NCBI GenBank assembly: GCA_026026165.1
Contig: JAPEUD010000012.1
Span: 496,001-516,356, forward strand
Direction of reading: 5' to 3'
Length of the DNA stretch: 20,356 nucleotides
Source: Sarea resinae
Taxonomy: Eukaryota
Of the stretch, positions 10,672-20,069 are shown piece by piece. The notes beneath the pieces are model-generated. The model saw only the letters and a list, made by a program, of their open reading frames with translations, did no database searches and was not told the origin of the DNA. How positions within the stretch are numbered: the stretch's first letter is position 1; every line of letters begins with the position of its first letter. The position numbers and the translations under genes are program-made.

Positions 10672-12228
10672 CTATTCCAATTCGAGCGCTTCTATCCCCA
10701 TCTGCATTCCCATTTCTCTTCCCAGGTCCCTCTCCTCTTCGCCTTCGACATCCGCCCTTCTTTCGCGCTCTCGAGCCGGTCCGACTCGAACGTCCTCTCT
10801 TCTTTCTCGCCCGCGAATCCGGCCGTCTACATCGTACCAGTCGAGTTTCCACCTCTCGATGCCTGCCCGTAACCGCCTTTGCTGTCCGCTCTCTCTGCTC
10901 TTTTCGGGTGCACGCGGGCCTTCGACGGCGACGTTGCATGTTTTGGGCCTGAGAGCATGGCTGGCATGAGGGGTTTTGTTGTTGTTTGTTGCGTGTGATG
11001 GTGACGACGGGTTGGATGTGGGGGGCGGCTTGGTGGGTGTCTTGGCCTTGGCCCGCGAGATGAGGAGGGGGAGGGCTTGGATCTCGAGGGCTTTGAGTTG
11101 GAGACGGAGGTAGGTGAGGTCGGTCGTTGTGTCTAGGGCCTCGGTTTGTCTGGTGTTGAGGCGTTAGTCAGTGTTATGCGAGGTAGTATTGCATGGGAGG
11201 AATGAAAAGGCGGGGAGGACAGTTCGTACAGAGACTCGACCGTATGTTCCAGCTCTATGATTCTTTGTGTCGCGGCTTCGGATTGAATGATCGTGATGTC
11301 GTGGATGTGCTGTCGGTAATCCCGGATGTTAGTTTCGTACCATTCTGTTTGCACGGATGTGTTGGACATAGCGTAGAGGAATGGTGGAGACAAAGAGCGA
11401 GATCGGAAGAAGATATTAAAGCAGATGGAGGTAACAGGAGAAGGAGAAGGAGAAGGAGCTGACCTTGAATTCCTCATTTCGGCGCTGCAGCTCCGTCACT
11501 AGGCGCACGATTCGCGTGAGGAGCGAGGGTGATTCGGATGATGTGGAGGTGGTAGAGACTGGTGAGAATGGTGGAGGGGAAGACGGCAAGAAGATAGGGT
11601 GAGAGAGGGGCGGGGATGACAAGATAGGTGTACGCGGTGGGCTTGGACTTGAGCTTGAGGGGTTGTTTGCTCCTGGAAGACAGTGGTGCTGGTTCGGGAA
11701 GCGGGAAGGGGAGTTGGCGACGTTGTTGTAGATATCATATAGGTCGTCATGGCAATTCGGAGAATTGGTGCGCCGTTCGTTGCCTTGGACATGGTCGTCA
11801 ATTTCGTGTTGCTGATCCTCCTCTCGTTCTCCACCTGCGTGTATATGATCATCCGCATCTGATTCTCTTCCGTGCTGCCCCTTTCGCGTTTCGTCTTTCC
11901 TCCCACGCACCACCTGCTCCCTTCCATCCAATATCCCTGCAACCTCGTCCAATTTCTCCAAAATTGTGCCCGCGGTCTCCTCATCTACATCCACGTCCTC
12001 TCGCATCACCCTTCCGGAGAGAGCGCTCAAATGCCGAATCAGCGTGTTGCGCGTGCGGTAGTTGGCCGGGAGGTTTGTGAGCGGGAGAGAATCGTCGATC
12101 AGGGATTCCGTGTAGTAGTCCGAGTGCGGGGAGCCACCGTGGATGAGAAGGGGTGGCAGAGGTGGCGATGAGGAGCGCCGTGGTGGAGACGACGGAAGAC
12201 CATTGTCGCTGCTGCTGTCGCTCGTCAT
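10672..12228 (-). CDS. Uncharacterised fungal coiled-coil protein, 3 exons, about 440 aa
   Basis: Minus-strand exons 12228-11464, 11309-11230, 11149-10672 (1323 nt); introns GTCAGC..ACTAAC..CAG and GTACGA..ACTAAC..CAG. The joined core LLTRIVRLVTELQRRNEEFK-HIHDITIIQSEAATQRIIELEHTVESL-QTEALDTTTDLTYLRLQLKALEIQ...LRAGIERWKLDWYDVD is heptad-like and stays open across both junctions. I placed the start at the first ATG (12228), not the TTG at 12288. Confidence 0.8.
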
Positions 12229-12552
12229 TGTGGTGCGTGAGGGGATTGCTTGCGTCAGAGGAAGGTGGTGGAAATGGGTGATGCTCAAACGGGATTCATT
12301 GACTAGTTATGTTCATGGCCATGTATCGCTCCCTAGAATAGCAGTGAATAGCTGAAACCTAGAACCGTCTTCGGTCTGCGGAGCGTCATGGCCATGAGCA
12401 TCCGGGGTGAAAGGGGGGCTTGTGGTGAGGGTAAATGCCCAGAACCACGCGAACGCGACAACACTGTACTGCAGATTGACGGTGATGAGAACAGTGGTTC
12501 GGAAAATCAGTTGTTCCGGTCTCCGACCATTTCGAGATTCTGCGGATCTATT

Positions 12553-12560
12553 ATGACTCG
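12553..12560 (+). promoter_or_regulatory. Putative Gcn4/CpcA/CPC-1 cross-pathway control element (ATGACTCG)
   Basis: TGACTC core about 120 bp upstream of the TRP2 ATG. Amino-acid biosynthesis genes in fungi are established Gcn4/CpcA targets. A single 6-mer could occur by chance. Confidence 0.55.
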
Positions 12561-12676
12561 AGATCTGACACTCTCCTCGACTTCATATTCTCGCCGTTGA
12601 TCAGCTTCACAGAGCAGTCATATACATCGACCGAGCGGCTTTCTTCTCGACTGGAGGGTATCATCTGTCCACGGCA

Positions 12677-14763
12677 ATGGCTCCTCGAGTAAGTGCCCGT
12701 TTCCAGCCATTGTGCAACTATCTTGACACCGCCCCACAGGTGAGCATACAGCCGTCGCTCGAGGCAGCGCGAGAGATCCTCTCCAGCGGCATTGATCTCC
12801 CAAATCCTCCAAATCTAGTCCCACTATGCGCCTCGATACCCGCAGACCTCATCACCCCATCTTTGGCGTATCTAAAAGTATCCGCCAAGTGAGTCACCAC
12901 CAATCGCCCTCTTCCCACGAAGAGAGCCAGACCCGGGCTGACTGAACCGGACGGACAGAGCGAAGTCTCGATTGTCCTTTTTATTCGAAAGCGCTGCGAC
13001 CACAGAGACGGTCGGACGATACAGCTTTATTGGAGCCGGTAGGGCCCATTGATTTCTGTCCATATTGGCAACGCTGATATGCCCTTCCGACAGACCCGCG
13101 AAAAGTCCTACGGACTGGCCCTGGCTTCGGCCCAGAAGCAGACCCCCTCCCCATCCTCGAGCAGGAGCTCGCCCAGTTCCGCGTCGCGACAATCCCAGGA
13201 CTCAGGCTCCCACCTCTCACCGGCGGCGCAATTGGCTACGTGGGCTACGACTGCGTGCGCTACTTCGAGCCCAAGACCGCACGGCCCATGAAAGACCCTC
13301 TCCAGGTCCCCGAAAGCGTCTTCATGCTCTTTGACACCATTGTCGCCTTCGACCACTTCTATCAAGTCATCAAAATCATCACCTACCTCCATGTCCCTGA
13401 AGACCTCAGCTCTCTCTCGGCAGCCTACGAGTCCGGCTCGCGCGCCATCGAAGATATGATCGAGATCCTCTCCTCCCCGGACATACCTCTTCCCCCGCAG
13501 CCACCAATCGTGCAAGATCAGCAATACACCTCCAACATCGGCCAAGCCGGCTATGAAGCGCACGTCACGAAGCTAAAACACCACATCACCTCGGGCGACA
13601 TCATCCAAGCCGTCCCCTCACAGCGCATCTCACGCCCGACGACTCTCCACCCCTTCAATATCTACCGTCACCTACGCACCGTCAACCCATCCCCCTACCT
13701 CTTCTACGTCGACTGCGACTCCTTCCAGCTCGTCGGCGCCTCGCCAGAGCTCCTCGTGAAATCCACCGACGAGGGCCGCATCATCACCCACCCCATCGCC
13801 GGCACGGTCAAGCGGGGCCGCACCGCCGAGCAAGACGCCGAGCTGGCGGACCAGCTCCGCAACTCGCTCAAGGACCGAGCCGAGCACGTCATGCTGGTCG
13901 ACCTGGCGCGGAACGACATCAACCGCGTCTGCGACCCGCTCTCGACGCGCGTCGACCGGCTCATGGTCGTCGAGCGATTCTCCCACGTCCAGCACCTGGT
14001 CTCGCAAGTCTCGGGCATCCTGCGGCCCGAGAAATCGCGCTTCGACGCCTTCCGGTCCATCTTCCCGGCCGGCACCGTCAGTGGCGCGCCCAAGGTCAAG
14101 GCCATGGAGCTGATTGCCGAGCTGGAGGGCGAGAAGCGCGGCGTCTATGCGGGCGCGGTCGGGTATTTTGGGTACGGCAGCGTGAGCGTCGAGGGCGGTT
14201 CTGCTGACGGTGGTGATGATGATAAAGCGACGCGGGCGATTGAACACGAGGGCGCCATGGATACGTGCATAGCATTGCGCACCATGCTGGTCAAGGACGA
14301 GGTCGCCTATCTCCAGGCTGGTAAGTCAGTTCTTGTCATGCCCTGTCTAACATCCCTCATCTCTCCTTTCATGTCCCCCTTTTACCCTCACCAAACAACA
14401 CGTCTCTGCCCCTTGACCTTCCCTCCCAGTCAACCCCCAATCTATCAGCCCCCCCCCACCAAAAAAAAGGGAAAAAAAGAGAAACAACCCAAGAAACAAA
14501 CCAGACCTCTAACTCAGTCCCTCGCACTAACGCACTTTTCGAACCCCCAAAACAGGCGGCGGCATCGTCTTCGACAGCGACCCCTACGACGAATACATCG
14601 AGACCATGAACAAACTCCGCGCCAACATGACCTGCATCTCCGAAGCCGAGAAGCGCTATCTGGAGCTCGAGGAGCAACAGTCGCAGACGGGCACGCGGAC
14701 GCAGGTGCGGGGGGAGGCCGAAGTTGGGGCCGAGAACGGGGCGCATGTTGACTTTGCTGCTGG

Positions 14764-14767
<4 letters not shown>
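12677..14767 (+). CDS. TRP2: Anthranilate synthase component I, 5 exons, about 559 aa
   Basis: Exons 12677-12688, 12740-12888, 12959-13038, 13094-14320, 14556-14767 (1680 nt). Motifs: SFLFES (Trp feedback site), [83 protein letters not shown]. Confidence 0.97.

Positions 14768-14824
<57 letters not shown>
14766..14824. repeat. (AG)29 dinucleotide microsatellite
   Basis: Perfect AG run that starts within the TRP2 TAG stop codon. Confidence 0.97.
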
Positions 14825-14829
<5 letters not shown>

Positions 14830-15368
14830 GTGAACTGTAGAGGGTGGATGGAGAGTAGAAGACAGCTGCCCGTGGTGTGGTGTGATGTGATGTGGTGTAT
14901 TCCGTCAAATGTAGGATTTTGTAGATGATGTCGGTGCGGGAGAATAGAAGCGCCTACGTGTCTGAGGTGGAATGCATCTGGTATGGTGGTCTACGAAACT
15001 GGAATGGAACTCGTGACTTTTGATTCGAGGATGTGCCTACCCTGTTTTAGATGTTGTGGTGGTGGTAATGGGGACAGGTCCTCGATAGATTGGAGGCCTT
15101 GCGCCTGTTCTGCCGTCTATACATGATGCTAATGGTGATGACGATGTGACCTGGGTAAGATGGAGGATCGTGGGGAGGTGGACGAGTGAGATGATGAGTG
15201 AGTGGGCAGTTGTGAGGACTCTGGGGGAAAACAACATAGGAAAATGATGATGTGACCGAACACCGAACACCGAGACAGTCTTGCCCCGCAGCGGCGGCGG
15301 CAGAAGATCCCCCTCACAAAAAAGCAATCGAAATCAAAACCAGCCCCGACAGCACACAAAGCCTTTTT

Positions 15369-15984
15369 CTACCGCTTCACGATATTACTCCTCTCCAAGG
15401 CCTCCAACAGCTCTGGCCGGCCAGCCAACGCGCTCCGGGCCTCGAAATACCCCATCCATCTTCGGCCGCGTTTACTCCGCTCCGGCCAGTCCTGGTGCTC
15501 CTGCAACACGCTCACCTCGAAGAACTGATAGCTGGCCTTGGGCGCCTCGGGCGTCACTTGGTGCGGCGGCCGTCGCTCCGGTATTGGTAGGCCCAGCGCG
15601 CGCTCGACTTGGCACACCACACCGGCTTCTTCCCATGCCTCGCGACACGCGGCTTCGTGCGCGAGCTCGTCGGTCTCCCATCCGCCTTTCGGGAGAACCC
15701 AGCCGCCGCGTCGGGTCGACTGGATGCAGAGCACTTTGGTCTTGTCGGGGGAGAGCGGCACGACGCCTGCTACGAGACGTTCGCCGGTGATGCCGTAGCC
15801 TGTACAGCGAGGAGAATGAATTAGTGGGGAATGGAATGGAATGGAATATGGGAAGTGGTGTCGTTGGGAGGGAAGGTGTTGTGCTCGCAGAACGACGAGG
15901 CATTGATGTAGTGGAGAGGATGTGGTTGGACGTACGTTGGTTTTTTCGCCCTGTTCGAGCTTCCATGGAGCGAATTTGTGCCAT
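15369..15984 (-). CDS. DDP1: Nudix diphosphoinositol-polyphosphate / diadenosine polyphosphate hydrolase (DIPP family, Ddp1/Aps1), 2 exons, about 159 aa
   Basis: Exons 15984-15936 and 15799-15369 (480 nt); intron GTACGT..ACTAAT..CAG. MAQIRSMEARTGRKNQRYGITGERLVAGVVPL...IQSTRRGGWVLPKGGWETDE; Nudix box GGWETDELAHEAACREAWEEAGV; WPERSKRGRRW. Confidence 0.93.
15828..15848. repeat. (GGAAT)x4 pentamer repeat inside the DDP1 intron
   Basis: ggaatggaatggaatggaat read directly. Confidence 0.8.
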
Positions 15985-16325
15985 GGCGGTGCTGGGTGCA
16001 GGGTGCTGAGTCGCTTGTTGATTTGCTTGCTGTCCGGCCTTCCTGCCCGAGAACACAAGAACTCGTCACCGGGGATGAAAATCGAGTAGATTGGGCCGAG
16101 ACAATGGGTAATGGAGCCGCTGATCAGGATTTGAAAGGAAGTGAGATGAGAAATTAGAAGAGCGACTGTGGGCACGGGAGCTTGCTGAGGGAGATCAGGG
16201 TCCTCACGCGCCAAGGATGTTGTGTGGACGATGATGGTGATGGCGACGGTGGTGGTGGTGGTGGTGATGGTGACGATGGAGCGGTGGGAGACTGGATGCG
16301 GGCGGGTAGTTGGATGCCACGGTGA

Positions 16326-16337
16326 ATATATAAATAT
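16326..16337 (-). promoter_or_regulatory. Candidate TATA box for DDP1
   Basis: AT island (plus strand AATATATAAATA) in a GC-rich context, about 345 bp upstream of the DDP1 ATG and followed on the minus strand by a CAC/CAT-rich leader. Confidence 0.4.
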
Positions 16338-16707
16338 CTGATGACGAATTCTAGAAGACGGTCAAATGCAAGATGATGATCTCTCTCTCTTCTCAGTGAG
16401 TGAGGTGGTCTTAAGCTCAGTCCCGCGGAGGACGGGGCTGAGGGAGGGGGATGGTCCTGTTCAGGGAAGAGACGAGTAGGGCAGACATTTTATTGAAGGA
16501 CCGGCGCGAGATGACGGGCCTGGAGGCCGGAGTGGTCGTAGTGTGGTGGTCGAGTAGTAGTGGAGTCGGGTGGGCGTGTACGCACACGCACATAATCTAC
16601 TCCGTAGGCGTCGGTCAGGCAAGTCAAAGTAGGTAGTCAGTAGTAGTAGTCAGTGGAAAGAGTTTACAGTACTCTACTTGGGGAATCAAATCTGTGGGCT
16701 TCTCCTT

Positions 16708-16760
16708 GGGGGGGGTGGAGGGAGGGGAGGGGAGGGAAGGGAGAAGAGAGGGGGGGAGGG
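16708..16760 (+). other. G-rich purine tract with G-quadruplex potential
   Basis: G8-TGGA-G3-A-G4-A-G4-A-G3-AA-G3...G7-A-G3 in the DDP1/ATE1 divergent intergenic region. Confidence 0.6.
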
Positions 16761-17330
16761 CCCGCGGGTGTGCGAGCAGACAGACGGTGGGAAACGGGAG
16801 GGAGTAGTCTCCCTTCGCTTCCATCGCATTGCTTCCTTTCCATTGCTACATCCATGGATCGCCATCATATTCATTGCATACCACGTAGGTTGCTCCTTTA
16901 TTCGACGAGACTCAATGGCCATAGCATTGGACATTGGCATTATCGTCTGGCGAAGGGAATGCAAAGGAGACATGCCCAGTTCCCTTGATGGATGACATTC
17001 CCATGCAGACAGACGGCCAGGCCCTGAAGCCGAAGCATCAACAATCATCCATCGAATTAATGATAGAGAGGGCCCTGATGCACCCCACGGTCCATTGTCC
17101 AATGGGCGAGAATGCAGCGGAGGATTGGCAGGGACGGATCTCCAGCTCGTCCAGCGGAGGTCTGCACTCCTGAGGAGCTGTAAGCTGGAGCAGACCTGAG
17201 GCAACGCATGCCGCCAGTGATGCCATGCACGACGACTGTAGGGATCCATATCATTTGCCTAATGTCGGGTCTTTCGCACGCACGCTTGCACGCATGCACG
17301 CACGTCAGTAGAGAATTGATCAATTAACGA

Positions 17331-17363
17331 GAGTACTGCGAGTCTGCGAGTCTGCGAGTCTGC
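17331..17363. repeat. 8-bp tandem repeat (GAGTCTGC)x3 plus one variant unit
   Basis: gagtactgc gagtctgc gagtctgc gagtctgc read directly. Confidence 0.85.
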
Positions 17364-17807
17364 AATGTCACGATGCCACGGCCTCTTGTGGCAGACCAAG
17401 CCATCGTCCTGATGGTGTTTCTACGCACTCAAGCCATGGTCCAGTGCAGCGAAGAATACCTGAGGTAGCCATCGTGTCAACATAGCTGGAGGCCTACCAC
17501 TCCGTATCGTCAATACCATCCCCCGTCATCATAGATTCATCCATCGACCATCAACACTCTCCTCATCACTCTCATCATTACTCTCATCCTCATCCATTTC
17601 CCCCATCTTCATCTTCACCTTCGCCTCCGTCTTCACCTCCACCTTCATTATTCACCGCATTTTCATTCCATCGTCAATCTTCCCATCCCATCCCACTGCC
17701 ATCCCACTCCGTTCCCGTCCCGTCCCTGCCTGCCCTCGTCCCCTCCCGCGCCCTGGAGCGCCACCACGGCCAAGGCGACGCATGAATCCCTCGAGACCGG
17801 ATCGGCC

Positions 17808-20069
17808 ATGCAGCAGAACATTCGGCCTCGCAGCGAGAGTCCCCTCTCCTACCTGGTCCCCATCGGTACGTCGTCAGTCGCCAACGTAGATCATCATCCA
17901 CTCAGAATCTCGCCTGCCATCTCGTGCACCTTTGGCTGGCTTATATCTACTTGCTGCTCGCGCCAATCGTCTGCGGCCATTGCTGAGGCTTTCGCGTTGC
18001 TTTCGCTTTGCTTTCGCTTTGCTTTCGCTTTGCTTTCGCTTTGCCACTACTCTCTACTACTGTCTTGCGTTCATTCATCCTCTTCCCGCTGACTCTGACG
18101 ACTCGGTCGTTCCGATTGCCACAGGCTACCAGCGCAATCGTTGCGGCTACTGCAAGGACAAATCCGGCAGTATGTTCGCCTGGGGCTGAGCTTGGAGTCT
18201 TGCTCCGAGAAATTATCTCGCTGAACACAAACGAACTAATCATTATTGACGAACTAATTCATAGGTCGATCGTATTATGCCAAATCCACTCAGATCACTC
18301 CCGAATATTATCTGGAACTTTTAGATCGCGGCTGGAGACGGTATATGCTTCATCGTGTCGATCAAAGGTAGTCCCACTAATTCGTATGCGCTGTAGCTCG
18401 GGGACAGTCTTTTACAAACCCGATCTCTCTACATCATGTTGTCCTCATTATACGATTAGGTATGCAGAGTAATGTGTTTCTTCTTGAAATCTCCTGACGG
18501 AGCATGACAGGCTGGATGCGGATGCATTCAAGCCGGCAAAAGATCAGCGGCAGGCTCTCAATCGATGGAACAGACACGTTCTGGGAGAGAACTATATGGA
18601 AAAGGCGGCTAGACTGAGACCAAAGACCAAAGAGTAGGCCTATTGACATTCGGGCAAATTATCACGAATACATGAATGCTAAATGCCAACAGGGAAAAGG
18701 CACGTCGCAAGACCGATTTCGATTTGATCGAAGCGGTCCATGAATGTGAATATGTAAAACTTGCAAAACATTCGGAGCCCGAGCACAGGTTCGAGGTAAT
18801 TCTAGAACTCGACAACTTTACCGAGGAGAAGTAAGGATCGTGAACTCGTCAGCGGCATCGATACTGACCTCTCAGATATGCCTTGTTTGCGAACTATCAG
18901 CGTTGCGTGCACAAAGAGCCGCCGTCGAAGATCAGCCGGGATGGTTTCAAACGCTTCTTATGCTCATCTCCAATCACTAGGAGAAGCCGACAGATCAATG
19001 GTCAGGAGCAGAAGCTTGGGTCCTACCACCAGTGCTATCGACTCGACGGACGACTGATCGCCATTGGTGTTCTGGATTTGCTGCCACAGTGCGTGAGCGG
19101 CGTCTACTTTATGTGAGCGAATATCATCGTCAATGGTAGTTTGCGTATTAATCGTGGTAGCTATCACGAAGACTTCAACCGATGGAATTTTGGCAAGCTC
19201 GGTGCATTGCGTGAGATTGCATTGACGCTGGAATCCCAGTACCGATATTACTACATGGGTAGGTTCTGTTCACGATGGAGAGTCGAGTTCTGATCTGTTG
19301 AAGGATACTACATTCATTCCTGTGTCAAGATGCGGTACAAAAGAGACTACCGGCCTCAATATCTATTAGGTAGGCATTTACGTCGTCTGTACAAGTTCCA
19401 CGACCTAAAAATCAGGTAGATCCGGAAACCTATTCCTGGAACCCTCTGGACGAGGATATATTGCGACGACTGGACGCCAAAAGATATGTCTCTCTATCCC
19501 GCGAGCAGCGTCTCGAAGCCTCCTATTCGGATGCAGAAGAACGAGCCACAGAGACCGAGCCGAGCCCGCGTACTGCAACAGAGAAGCAGAACGATGGCAA
19601 TGACGATGACAACGACAACGACGTCAGTGACGACAGCGACGACGACCCTGACTTGGAAGATCCATCTATCTCGCTCCTAGAAAAAGGCATGCCAGGCGTC
19701 CTGACGAAAGAACAAGTCGAGACGGAGATGAACCTCGACGAGATGCTCATCAAGGTCCGAGGCCATGCTGCCCTTGCCCAGTTGAAGGTGGGTCTTGTCA
19801 CTTTCGACCCCTTGATTCACTTTCGACGCACTTCTCTCCGTACCCCTCCCTACTGATCCACTGCACCACCCCTTTTCTTCTCCTGGCCTTCTGACCATTC
19901 GAGTGACCCTGCCTCTATGATCTCACCACGCTAACCCCAACCCCAGGATCTCGTCGGCTGGGACTCCTCCGACATCCTAGACATGAGGACCCTGAAAGGC
20001 TACATCGCCGAGCTGGCCGCATGTCTCGGGCCCAACCTCGCGAAGGAAACTGTCATCTCAATGGGTTGA
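17808..20069 (+). CDS. ATE1: Arginyl-tRNA--protein transferase 1 (Arg/N-degron pathway), 11 exons, about 464 aa
   Basis: Exons 17808-17865, 18125-18169, 18265-18340, 18397-18459, 18511-18633, 18693-18830, 18876-19112, 19161-19258, 19304-19369, 19420-19787, 19947-20069 (1395 nt, phases all consistent). Motifs: CGYC, LLDRGWRRSG, CCPHYTIRL, FKRFLCSSP, LGSYHQCYRLDGRLIAIGVLDLLPQCVSGVY, FGKLGALREI, YYYMGYYIHSCVKMRYK, LLDPETYSW. Confidence 0.95.
17988..18042. repeat. 11-bp tandem repeat (GCTTTCGCTTT)x5 in ATE1 intron 1
   Basis: One variant unit (GCTTTCGCGTT) followed by four perfect units. Confidence 0.92.

Noticed and set aside
10376..12355. Several plus-strand ORFs (197, 111, 150, 99 aa and others)
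   Set aside because: Antisense to the spliced minus-strand gene, low complexity, with no independent splice or domain support.
12553..12600. Short ORF upstream of TRP2 as a Trp-sensing leader peptide
   Set aside because: MTRDLTLSSTSYSRR has no Trp codon and probably starts upstream of the TSS; its ATG is part of the TGACTC element.
12890..12896. Perfect TGAGTCA Gcn4/AP-1 site inside TRP2
   Set aside because: Five of its seven bases are dictated by the GTGAGT donor of intron 2.
13108..14247. Long antisense ORFs (151, 191 and 133 aa) opposite TRP2
   Set aside because: Expected by-product of the strong C/G third-position bias of the sense gene.
14321..14555. Possible stwintron in TRP2 intron 4 (GTAA|GTCAGT nested donor, three CTAAC motifs)
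   Set aside because: Removing the putative internal intron leaves GTAATC, not a consensus donor, and the internal AG at 14517 is only about 4 nt from its branch motif. A single 235-nt intron explains the frame.
15985..16214. N-terminal extension of DDP1 suggested by the 281-aa and 194-aa ORFs
   Set aside because: Both begin at non-ATG codons and read through the intron; the spliced 159-aa model starting at GCCATGG matches the family's N-terminus.
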